Positions 35,180 to 62,604 of a stretch of DNA of 64,000 bases are shown here, in pieces. Origin of the DNA: Blastocystis sp. Blastoise (Eukaryota; Protista; Bigyra: Opalinata); the NCBI GenBank assembly GCA_039096225.1, contig JBBPEB010000005.1, positions 682,001 to 746,000 on the forward strand, written 5' to 3'. The notes below the pieces were generated by a model that was not told the origin of the DNA, did not search any database, and saw only the letters and a program-made list of their open reading frames with translations. Position 1 is the stretch's first letter. Each line of letters opens with the position of its first letter. A program made the translations under genes and the position numbers.

Positions 35180-35319
35180 CAGGGTTCGCTACAAAGACTC
35201 TGCTGGGGTACAAAACTCCTAAAAGAGCCAGTTTTAAGGGTACTTCTGGCGGCTCAAGGCGTAGGTACAAAACCTTCTGGGGTAGACCCCTTACCCTGGG
35301 TAGGCTATGGCGAACACTG
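35180..35319. mobile_element. 140-bp MITE-like element (hAT-like TIRs), copy 1
   Basis: TIR CAGGGTTCGCTA / TGGCGAACACTG, internal GGTACAAAAC x2, GC-rich island; homologous to 61211-61350. Confidence 0.6.
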
Positions 35320-35577
35320 TTTTAAAGTCTTTTTTATTCAAATTGCATTGGCTGAATAAACTTTGAACGAAAATCAGCCAATCAAAATGCTTTAAATAGT
35401 CAAAATTACCTGAAAACGGTTAATGTTTTTATAATCTTTATATATCAATTCATCAACAACTAAAAAAACTATCCATGTAAATAATAATAAAACTTGAAAC
35501 TATAGTATTTGAAAAATGTTGAAACAATAACTAGAATAAGAATGATAAAAAACAAAAAATGAATCCAAAAATAAGAT

Positions 35578-38301
35578 TTATTCAAGTTCAGCGATTTCTT
35601 CTCTTAATTCATTAATGTCTCTATCCTTATTAGCAATAATTTCTTCTAATCGTTGACATTCCTTTTCATAAGTTTCTTGATTCTTTTTAATAGTAGAATG
35701 AAGTTGTTCAATCTTATTTCTCATTTCTTCCTTCATATCTTCTAATTCCTTTTGAGCATTTTGAGCACGCCATGTCTTTTCAGTCATTTGGAAATTAAGA
35801 TCCTTGACTTGTTGCCCTAATGTCTTTACATTACCTGCTTCCTTCTTAATAGCATTAAGTAAACGATCCATCTTTTCTTCATCATTAGAAGTCTTAATCA
35901 AACTTTCGAAATCATCAATACGTTGTTGATATAAAGCATGTAATTTAAAGTCATCATCAGTCTTACATTTAACAAATTCATCTAATAGGGTTGACAAATC
36001 ATTAATCTTAGCATTAAGAGTGTCAGCATCTTCTTTCTTAGTTTTTTCTAATTCATCTTCCTTAGAAGCAATAACATCTGATAATCTAGCAATTTCAGCA
36101 TCAGTAGAAGCCTTAAGTTCATCATATTCTTTCTTAAGATCAACAATTTCTGATTCTAAATTTTCAATTTCATCTTCTAATTCAGAAATCTTAACAGCAG
36201 TTTCATTCTTAGTAGTATTAACACAATTAATAGTGTCTCTTTGTTCATCGTCTTTTTTTTCAGAATCAGATATTGTTTGTGTTAATTTATCAGCTTCTTC
36301 AATCAAATCATTACTTCTACCGTTATAAGATAAAATAGTATTATTAACAGCATTCTTAATATCATCAGTAGTTTCATCATCTTGGAAGACAGTTTCTATA
36401 CCAACAGTTTGAAGAGCTTGATGAACTTCAGTCTTAAGATCACGAATAGTATTACGAAGAATAACTAAAGCAAGTTCTAAACCATCACCTCTCTTAATAG
36501 CATTCTCTTTATCTTCACTTAATTGATTAATCATATTCTCCTTTTCTTCTATTTTATCTTGTAAATCACTTATTTGTTGAATATAATCCTTATTAGAAGC
36601 AGGTAATTGTTGAGTCTTAGCATTTAATACACGTTCATTATCAACAGATTTAGCTTGTAAACCAGACATTTCAGTAGATAATACTTGAATTTGATCTTGT
36701 TTATCATTTAATGGATTCTTTAATTCATTTTCAGCATCAGAATACTTATTACTAGCACTCTTAGCACCAACACAAATGGAATTAATGATATTTTTGGAAT
36801 TACAAGCTTTTTCTTTTTCGTTATTCATTTCTTCACATATAGCCATATCAAGATTATATTTATTCTCAAAATCAACTAAACTTTGTTTTAAGTTCTTAAT
36901 TTCTTCATCTCGTTGAGCAACAGTCTCTTGAGATTCCTTTAATAATGCTTCTAAAGCTACATAATCAGAATGAAGACCATCAATTTCATTTTGTAAGGAT
37001 TCATTAGCAGCATCAGATTGTTCAAGACTTTCATTTAAATACTTAATTTCTTGTTCTTTGCTTAAAATATAATTATCTTTCTCTTTTATTTGATTTTTAT
37101 AAACTAAAATATCAGCATTAGGGTGAGCAACAGTCTCTTGAGATTCCTTTAATAATGCTTCTAAAGCTACATAATCAGAATGAAGACCATCAATTTCATT
37201 TTGTAAGGATTCATTAGCAGCATCAGATTGTTCAAGACTTTCATTTAAATACTTAATTTCTTGTTCTTTGCTTAAAATATAATTATCTTTCTCTTTTATT
37301 TGATTTTTATAAACTAAAATATCAGCATTAGGGTGAGCAACAGTCTCTTGAGACTCATTTAATAATGCTTCTAAAGAAGCATAATCAGAATGAAGATAAT
37401 CAATTTCATTTCGTAAACATTTATTAGCAGCATCAGATTGTTCAAGACTCTTATTTAATCTCTTAATTTCTTGTTCCTTATTAGAAATTTCATTATCTTC
37501 CTCTTTTATTTGATTTACAAACACTAAAATATCAGCATCACGTTGACCAATAATCTTTTCTTTTTCAGTATTTAACCAAGTATCAAGAGCTTTAAAAGAA
37601 GCTTCTAAAGCTACATAATCTGATTGAAGACCAACATATTTACGATTTGTTTCTTCAATCTCATCTAAAGCCTTGCTATAAGAAGGTAAATCTTCTTCAC
37701 TAACAAGATCTTTACGAAGAGCAATTGCATTTTTACGAAGTTCAGTAATCTTTCTTTCATATTCAGCCTTAATTTTGTAATCCCAATTAGCACGAGCAAG
37801 ATGTCCAGCTCTTTCAGCAACTAATTGTTGCTTAAGAAGTTGGTCATCTTCAGGTAAACCAGATTCAATTTTTGATTGAATATCAACGACTTCTTCTTCA
37901 TATTCTTTTCTATACTGAAGAAAATTATTATACATATCATTATCTATATAATCATTATATTCAAGACTATCTTTTGATGAAAGAATCATTTCATCATCAT
38001 TCTTATTATCCTCAAGGGAATCAATTTCATCTTCTAACAAATATTCATCAATAGAATCATTCATAGATATTTCATCAATATCATCGATAGTATCATGATT
38101 GGGTTGTTGCACAGGAACAGATTCTAATTCTGGTTTGCTATTTTTTCTTTCCATCATTCCTTTAGATTCATTGGCTTTATTTATCTTGATCTTCTTCATA
38201 TCATGATCAGCCAAGTTATTATTGTATTGTATACTCAAATCTCTAAACTTTGCTTCTAACTCATCAAAAGGAACATGAGGCACAGCTTCTTGATTACCCA
38301 T
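35578..38301 (-). CDS. Intronless long coiled-coil protein with 70-aa tandem repeats
   Basis: Open frame of >900 codons, heptad pattern; first ATG gives MGNQEA (possible myristoylation); ORF-track start is GTG. Confidence 0.8.
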   Translation of the reverse strand: MGNQEAVPHVPFDELEAKFRDLSIQYNNNLADHDMKKIKINKANESKGMMERKNSKPELESVPVQQPNHDTIDDIDEISMNDSIDEYLLEDEIDSLEDNKNDDEMILSSKDSLEYNDYIDNDMYNNFLQYRKEYEEEVVDIQSKIESGLPEDDQLLKQQLVAERAGHLARANWDYKIKAEYERKITELRKNAIALRKDLVSEEDLPSYSKALDEIEETNRKYVGLQSDYVALEASFKALDTWLNTEKEKIIGQRDADILVFVNQIKEEDNEISNKEQEIKRLNKSLEQSDAANKCLRNEIDYLHSDYASLEALLNESQETVAHPNADILVYKNQIKEKDNYILSKEQEIKYLNESLEQSDAANESLQNEIDGLHSDYVALEALLKESQETVAHPNADILVYKNQIKEKDNYILSKEQEIKYLNESLEQSDAANESLQNEIDGLHSDYVALEALLKESQETVAQRDEEIKNLKQSLVDFENKYNLDMAICEEMNNEKEKACNSKNIINSICVGAKSASNKYSDAENELKNPLNDKQDQIQVLSTEMSGLQAKSVDNERVLNAKTQQLPASNKDYIQQISDLQDKIEEKENMINQLSEDKENAIKRGDGLELALVILRNTIRDLKTEVHQALQTVGIETVFQDDETTDDIKNAVNNTILSYNGRSNDLIEEADKLTQTISDSEKKDDEQRDTINCVNTTKNETAVKISELEDEIENLESEIVDLKKEYDELKASTDAEIARLSDVIASKEDELEKTKKEDADTLNAKINDLSTLLDEFVKCKTDDDFKLHALYQQRIDDFESLIKTSNDEEKMDRLLNAIKKEAGNVKTLGQQVKDLNFQMTEKTWRAQNAQKELEDMKEEMRNKIEQLHSTIKKNQETYEKECQRLEEIIANKDRDINELREEIAELE
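36914..37540. repeat. About 3 x 210-bp coding tandem repeat
   Basis: GAGCAACAGTCTCTTG ends at 36930, 37140, 37350. Confidence 0.9.
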
Positions 38302-39414
38302 TTTAATAGACTCTATTATCGAATATACAATAAAATCTAATTGTTTGATTTTATGATAAATATCTGACACATTTCAAAACAAAAAACTTTAAAAAAAAAC
38401 TATACAAAATAGAGATATTTTAAAAAATAGGGGAAAAAATACTATTTTTTTAAAGAATTTTTTAGTTATTTCTAATTCTTATTTTCTAAATTTGTTGGTG
38501 AATATTATGAAGAAAGTTTACAATAATATAATAAAAACAATACTATTTTAAAATAGTAAACAATTATAATTTATATATGTTTTTGATATATAGAATAATA
38601 GAATATAAAAATATAACAAAATTAGTATATACGAAGTGTTTCACACATTAACAAGAATTTATTTTTTTTTGAAATACTTTATATATTAAATATTTTATTA
38701 CTATTCATTTGATGTATATGAAAATATTACATAACTTATAAAAACTTGATTAAGTTTTATTCTTGTATAAAAAGATTTAATAAAGAATACGTTCAATAAA
38801 ACAAATCATTATAGACTTTATATATATATTTAATGTTAGAACCAGTATATAACGAGAAATGATTCTATACTTTTCTCTTTAAATGATTACCTTTGAGTAA
38901 TAAAATAGACAATATGTATTAAAAAAATAAAACATTCACTAGAAAACTCATGCTAATGGTTTGGTATATTGATCATTCATATTAGCCAACGTGAACTAGA
39001 ATAACACTTATGATCATAGAATCAAATTCAAGAGTGAGACGACCACCAATAGAATTTATACTACTATTCACTTTATTCAGATAATCAGATATCATATTTG
39101 CATCTTAATAACATAAATAAACAAATATTATATCCATTGAGTTTTAACGACAATCAATCATCACCAATTTGTTTCCATAACTAATTTTTAAGAAATTTTG
39201 TTATAATCAGGTGCTTCCAATAAGACTATCAGTGAACAAAAAAAATACAAAACTAAATAATATTAGTTCAATTATAAGAGAATGGATTCTTATTGCATTT
39301 GAACCAGAGAATTATTTTCCCATGTTTTTTTCTAAATCTCTAGTTTTATTCATAAATAAACAGAATATTTTTTTATGCTTTCTTATTTATATTTTCTTTC
39401 TATATCTATATTCA

Positions 39415-45416
<6,002 letters not shown>

Positions 45417-45724
45417 ACTATATATATATATATATATATAATTATTTTATTTATTTTTTTTATAATAAAACATTATTTTATTACTAATAATTATATTATT
45501 TATATTGTTATTTGTTTTGTTCTTATTCATTTATATAAAAAAAACATTATATTCTTGTGTTTTGTTTTATGTTTCTAGTATTTAAATATATATTATTATA
45601 AATTCTAAAAGTAATAATTTTATAAAAACAATTATTTAAAAAAAATAATAACAAAATAAAACAAAACTAATTATAAAAAACATATATTACATATATATAA
45701 ATATCACAAAATATATAAAATATT

Positions 45725-46794
45725 TTATAGAAACATATCTTCTGTATCTTTTTGTTCCAAGTACCCTTGACGAATCAAATGCTCCACATCCGAACGGCGT
45801 AAAAAATGTGTAGTATTTTTCTCTAACTATATTTATATATATTTATTTTTAAATAATTATATTTATTATTTATTATAAATAAAAGTTAATATATATATAG
45901 ATATATATACAACAACAGTTCCTCTTTCGGTCATAATTTCTCCACAATCTTCTTTTACTAATACTTCTATATATAAATGTTTTGGGGGATGTTTATCCTA
46001 TATATTATATATTAATAATAATTAATATAATAATAATACTAATAATAATAAATATAATAATAATAAATAATCTAAAAATTAATAATAATAATAATATATA
46101 TATTTATTTACTGCTGTGAGATCAAATCCAATAATTCTTGAATAATCATTTACATTTAGATTATAATCATTAAAATATTTTATTTCAGCAGGATTCAGTA
46201 GGCACTTAATATCTTCAGTTAATACTTGTCCTGTTTGCCATCTTAATTTTGATATTTTATCTAAACGATAATTACTATATATATATATAATTAATATTAA
46301 ATTTCAATTATCTATGAATAATAATAAATATTAAATAATAACAATAAATAAAAATAAATAATAATAAATAATAAATAATAATAAATAATTAAAAAACAAC
46401 ATACGTATAACCTAATAAACAACGTTTATCATGTAATACTTTTCTATGTTGAATAGCTAATGCAGAACGAACTTCTTCAGAGGCTTGACTAGGCTCTACG
46501 TTTCTATATATAATATAAAATTTAAAAAAAAGATAATTATGAAAAACATATGAAACTTATAAATAAGAAATACAAAAGAATTTCACATATAGATTCACTC
46601 ATCACTTTAGTTTCTTGTAAAACACGATTAAACCCATCTTCCTAAAAATAAAGACATACAATAGACAATAATACCAATATGAACAAAATATTTGATAATA
46701 AATTTATAAATTATACATTATAGGGGGGTAGCCAATCACTTCTTTTTAGTTCTCGTATTAATTCAACCGCTTGCTGGCCATCAGGAATTGACAT
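45725..46794 (-). CDS. PSF1: GINS complex subunit Psf1, 6 exons (absent from ORF track)
   Basis: AVELIRELKRSDWLPPYNED, DKRCLLGY..YRLDKI..LRW, DLTADKHPPKHLYIEV.V.EDCGE, HFLRRSDVEHLIRQG.L. Confidence 0.92.
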
Positions 46795-47131
46795 ATTTTA
46801 TTTTTATAGCTATTTATTTTAATGGTTCACGAACTGTTATTTTTTTCTTCAATAAAACTATCTCAGATATTCTGATAAGTAATTCTTTTCCTTAATAATT
46901 AATAAAACAAAAGTATCCCACAATTCTTTTCGGCTTCCCTCCTAAATTTCAAAAAATCAGCAGGTGCTGAATTCTTGCTGAAAATTATTTTTTTTATAAA
47001 CAAGGAGAAAATTATTTTATTGTTTAATACCAACTATATTAAAAATTTCATCTCAAGAATCAGAGAATATTATACAACAAGGTATTTTTATATAAATATG
47101 CTTATTTTAAAATGTTTATAAAGAAGTTGAA

Positions 47132-48087
47132 ATGAATCTATCTGTTCGTCGTTTGATTTCTGGATTAGGAAATGTTGGTAAAGAGTATGCTGGAACAAGA
47201 CATAATATTGGATTTGCATTATGTAATCTATTTTGCTATGAATATCTTGATCGTATGTATTGTCGGCCTTCTTTCTCTGAATTAAAGGAAAATAAATATT
47301 TCAAAGGTAAATACTTTGAAACAGAAGTTGAATTTCTTCAAGATACTTCTCTTGGATTAGATTATGTAGATAATGTTTCACAAAGAGCTAAAGAAAAAAC
47401 ATTAAAAGAAGGTGTTCCATATAAAAATGTTCAGCTAGGGATATTACTTCCATCAACATATATGAATCGAAGTGGTAATGCAATTCGTAGTTATGTAGAT
47501 AGTAAAAGTTTTCTTTTAAAATCACCTACTGCTATTGGTTCAAAAGATGAAATTCTTATTATTCATGATGATATTGATTTACCATTTGGTAAAATACAAT
47601 TATCACCAAAAGTATATTATTATTATTATTTATTTATTATTTATTTATTATTTATTTATTATTTATTTATTATTTATTTATTATATTTTATTATATATTT
47701 TATTATAATACTTTATATGAAATAAATAAATATATATATATATATATATAGGGTAGTTCAGCAGGTCAAAATGGTGTAAAGAATATTATATCTCGTTTAG
47801 GAACAGAAAAATTTGTTCGTTTACGTATAGGTATAAATAGATCTGATGGAACTATGATTTCCCACGGGAATGAGTTAGTAAATCATGTAATAGGAAAATG
47901 GAATGGTCAAGAGAAAGAAGAATTACCTTATATATTGCATCAAGCATGTGAAGTATTAAGAGTTTATTTATTTAGAGGATTTCAAACTGCATGTACTTTT
48001 TCTAATGGTAAAAATTGTATAGAAAGTTATAAAACATATAAACCTGATAAACATTATTCATATAGTGATATCCAAAAGTATTTATAG
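47132..48087 (+). CDS. PTH1: Bacterial-type peptidyl-tRNA hydrolase (Pth1), 2 exons, probably organellar
   Basis: GLGNVGKEYAGTRHNIG, PSTYMNRSG, IIHDDIDLPFG, SAGQNGVKNI, RLRIGI. Confidence 0.9.
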
Positions 48088-48467
48088 GCTGTAATATAAA
48101 CATTTAAAATAGTTTATATATATATATTTATTATGTGCTTCATTGTTGTTGTTATAATATAATAATAAATATATTTTTTTAATTAAAAAAAAATTGAGTT
48201 ATTAGGATTCACTTTTGGAGAATTGTTATAAAAAACAACAAAAACAACACAACATTTAAAAAAATAGTTAAAAAGATGAAGTTTACATAGAAAGCAAAAG
48301 TAATATATTATGCAATTATTTATAACAAATAATACAAAAAAAAAAACAAAAAATAACACATATTCACATAAGAAATACTAAATATTTAATAAATATAAAT
48401 AAAATATATTTATATAAAAATAAAATATATTCTAAAAATAAATAAATTATTTTTTTAAAAATAAAAT

Positions 48468-58705
<10,238 letters not shown>

Positions 58706-59010
58706 CTCGAATATATATTATAAGATATATTTTATAGATGTATCTATCGATGTAGATAAGATAAAAGACAATTTAAGAAAATGATTTATTTGTGCGATGG
58801 AGTTATCCTTTTTGTGTTGTAAAAACTTAAAAATATCTCGAATTTAAGAGAGACAACGTATTGATCGAGTATCTATTCATATTCATGATTATTTGAAAAT
58901 TTTAGAAAAAAACAATAAAATTCGATAGAATGAAACAGAATTGAGAGAATGAAAAAATTACTTCTGTTTTTTCATCAAAGAATTGAATAATTGTTTTGTT
59001 CATTTATATA

Positions 59011-60074
59011 ATGTCTAATCCTAATATTGATCCTGTTTCTTCTGAAATCAAGACTGTTGTAAGTTGTTATATTGATTGTATGTGAATAAATATGTATAGT
59101 TTGATGATTCTGAAGAGAATGTTTTAAGAATAGCTCGTATTTTAAGAACCGATAAGTCTATTAAGATTCATAATCCTTTTGAAGCTATTCCTGATAATAA
59201 AGGAAGTGCTATCTTAAAGAGATGTTATTGTATGAAATCTTCAAATATACAAGAATGGTTATATAATCCAGAGAATCAAAAGAAGATTAATGTTACTATT
59301 CAAAATGATAAAGATATTGAAGTTATTTTAAAGGCTCTTATAGATAATAAATATATTCGAAAAGCAATGAGAATTAAAGATGAAACAAAAAGAATCGTTG
59401 TCGCGTGTAATGATAAAGAATATATAAAGCATGGTATTTTATATATTTGGGATTATGAAGGACCTCAAGTATATTTATTTAATATTCATAATTATTATGA
59501 TTTTTTTTTATTAGTTTTATTTTATTTTATTATATGAAATTTTTATTTTATTATTTTTTTATGTTATTTTGTTTATTATATATATAATATATATAGACAT
59601 GGAAAATGATTCGTTCTATATTAACAGTTATAGCTATGTTTGCTATTCCTACTTATTCTCTATGGCCTATTTGGATGAAAGTATATAATTATTTATTATA
59701 TTATATTTTTATTGTATTATATTTTTATTATATTATATTTTTATTATATTATTATTTTTATTATAATATATTTTTATTATATTATTATTTTTATTATATC
59801 ATATTTTTATTATATTATTTTTTTATTATATTATTTTTTTATTATATTATTATTTTTATTATATTATTATTTTTATTATATTATATTTTTATATTTTATT
59901 ATATAAAAACTTTATATATATATATAGAATATTGTTTTCTATGGAGCTATTCTTTTATCATGTGCTGGTATTATTCTTGAATTACTTCGTCTTGTATTAT
60001 TTATTATTGGATGGTTCTTTGGTATATATATATAATAAAAATATAGTATTTTTAATCAATAAATATTTTTTTTC

Positions 60075-60126
<52 letters not shown>

Positions 60127-60437
60127 TTTAAAGTTCTGGATTTTCCCTAATTTAAATGATGATTCCCTTGGTTTTTGGGATTCTTTTAAACCTTTTATTT
60201 CTTGTGAAAAAGATGAAAAAGGAAGAGTTTTTTATAAATTATTTGCTTTATTATTAATTGTATCTATTGTTAGTACTGTTTATTTATATCCTAAAGAAGT
60301 AAATAGTTATGTTAAGAAAACTAAACGATTTGCTGAAAAACAAATGATTAATGCTGAATATATTGTTGGAAAAACAAAAGAAGTTACATTATCATTTTAT
60401 CATGATTCTATTGAAAAAATACAAACACTTGTATATA

Positions 60438-60469
<32 letters not shown>

Positions 60470-60677
60470 TATTATTATTATTATTATTATTATTACATAG
60501 ATTCATCCTAAAAAACAGCCTGTACATCGTTCTGTACCTATATATGAAGATAAAGTAGTAGAAGAAAGAGAAGAAGGAGATAATGATAATGAAGAAGAAG
60601 AAGATTATCCAATAGGTGATGAAGAAGAAATTAATTTAGAAGATTTAGGAGATATTGAATTAGATTATGAATTATAA
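59011..60677 (+). CDS. SEC62: Translocation protein Sec62
   Basis: YIWDYEG, LWPIWMK, LRLVLFII, FWIFPNLNDDSLGFWDSFKP; GT-AG in frame. Confidence 0.9.
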
Positions 60678-61210
60678 AATAATTATATATATATATATAT
60701 TGTATGTATATATTATATTTCTTATTTTGTTTTTCTACTTTTTTTTAAAAAGTTATATAATTGATTTTCATTGATCATCAATTTTTTTTCTTCTTCTTTG
60801 TGTCTATTCTTTTTAATTTCTTTTTTTTTCTTTAAGTATATATAGATATATCTCAAACTTAGTAAATATTTTTCTAAATCATGTTTTATTTTGTTCATTC
60901 ATCTAAAATATTATTATTTAAAATAAGATACATATTAGTCACATCCACAATTAATTTCTTTTATTTTCAACAATTTTTATATCGAATTCATTACTTCATC
61001 ATTATACCTTTATATAACAATAATTCCTTCTATCAAATATAAAAATGTTTTAATTCTAATACTCATTTTGATTCTAGAACAATTCTATAAACTCAAAAAC
61101 CTCTAAATAATAGTAATAATACTTCAAAATAACTATTATTTTAATTATATAATCATGACATCAATAGATAATGAACTTTTTATTGGAGCTATTTCTGAAA
61201 GTTTTCTTTG

Positions 61211-61350
61211 TAGGGTTTCCAACATAAACTCTCTTGGGATACAATTTTTTGTTTGTTTTTATGTTTGTGGCTATTAATAGGCTCTTAAGACGTAGACAAA
61301 AACTTCCTTGGTATTCAGAACATACTCAAAGTATTGTTCGCCGAGTGCTG
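61211..61350. mobile_element. 140-bp MITE-like element, degenerate copy 2 with 8-bp TSD
   Basis: Starts TAGGGTTTCCAA; colinear with 35180-35319; flanks TTTCTTTG / ATTCTTTG. Confidence 0.55.
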
Positions 61351-61698
61351 ATTCTTTGCTTAAAACGATTGAAATTATTTTTTATTAGATTACCGTGATT
61401 TTCCAGAGAAATAATTTTTTCACACAATTTAATGACATCAAATTTGTCTAAAAATTACTTTATTCCAAATATATTCATGAAAATAGTATTCAATTTCCGT
61501 ATAATTTGAAAAGTTTCTTATTTTTTTTTGGCTAAAAAAACGTTTTAGTAATTCTGCAGTAATTTCTTCTATTTCTTACGTAATGTATTGAAGGCTTTTA
61601 AATATTAATTTTTGTTAACAATCCATAAAAGTTCATAAGTTATCTATTTTTTTATTATTTTCGGAGAAGAACGGATATATACATTTGATATTTATAAA

Positions 61699-62372
61699 AT
61701 GAGTTCTATTCGTTTAACCGTCATAATTGTATACATTGATTATATGTTTATTTTTAGACTTCTCTAGGTTTTAATTATATACATACTTATAAGTATCATT
61801 TATCTCGTATCAAATTCCGTTGCGATTAAACAGTCATTACATATCGATTACGTAAGAGATCTTAATATTTCTAGTCTTGTTCTTACTAAGGTTAGAATAT
61901 ATTCGAATGATGATGTATGTCATATTTTCACTTGATTTGATAGTTAATATTGATTTGTTTTTAAGTTATTAAGTTTTTTTCCAGTTTGTCTCTTATTTTA
62001 TATTTAATTTTTTGTGTATTTATAGTTAGATTTAATATATCATGGAAAAACTGTAGATAATCAGAAGAACTTGGATTTATCACGATCACATGTATTGAAA
62101 CAAAATAAATTACTAAAATATTCTTCATTCGTATATATATATATATTATTTATGATTATTTTTAAATATGTATATATATTATTTATGATTATTTTTAAAT
62201 ATGTATATATATTATTTATGATTATTTTTCTTTAGAAGGATCTTCTTAGTAAATATCAAACACTAGATGATTTTTCTTATACTTTATTATGGTCAAGATT
62301 AGATAAATCGAATGATATAAATGAAAAACTTTCTATAATGAATTTATTATATCCTAAACAAAACAATAATGG

Positions 62373-62403
<31 letters not shown>

Positions 62404-62520
62404 TCTAATTATTCTAGGTCAACTAATCAAAAAGATAAAGAAGATGAAGATATTATATATAGAAAACCATTCAAGTTATATCCTGATAAATCTTATTATT
62501 GGTTTCAACAATATATTCAA

Positions 62521-62604
<84 letters not shown>

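Noticed and set aside
35287-35297. CCCCTTACCCT as telomerase RNA template
   Set aside because: It lies within a stem, is not conserved in the second copy, and TIR/TSD evidence favours a MITE
36914-37540. CRISPR-like or mobile repeat array
   Set aside because: No spacers; an in-frame coding tandem repeat in a eukaryotic gene
38970-39110. Coding-looking minus-strand stretch (MISDYLNKVNSSINSIGGRLTLEFDS)
   Set aside because: Could not connect it to a start or further exons; flanking frames have stops
47755-47780. PTH1 GQNG instead of GHNG implying inactivity
   Set aside because: Catalytic His (TRHN), Asn and Asp residues are retained
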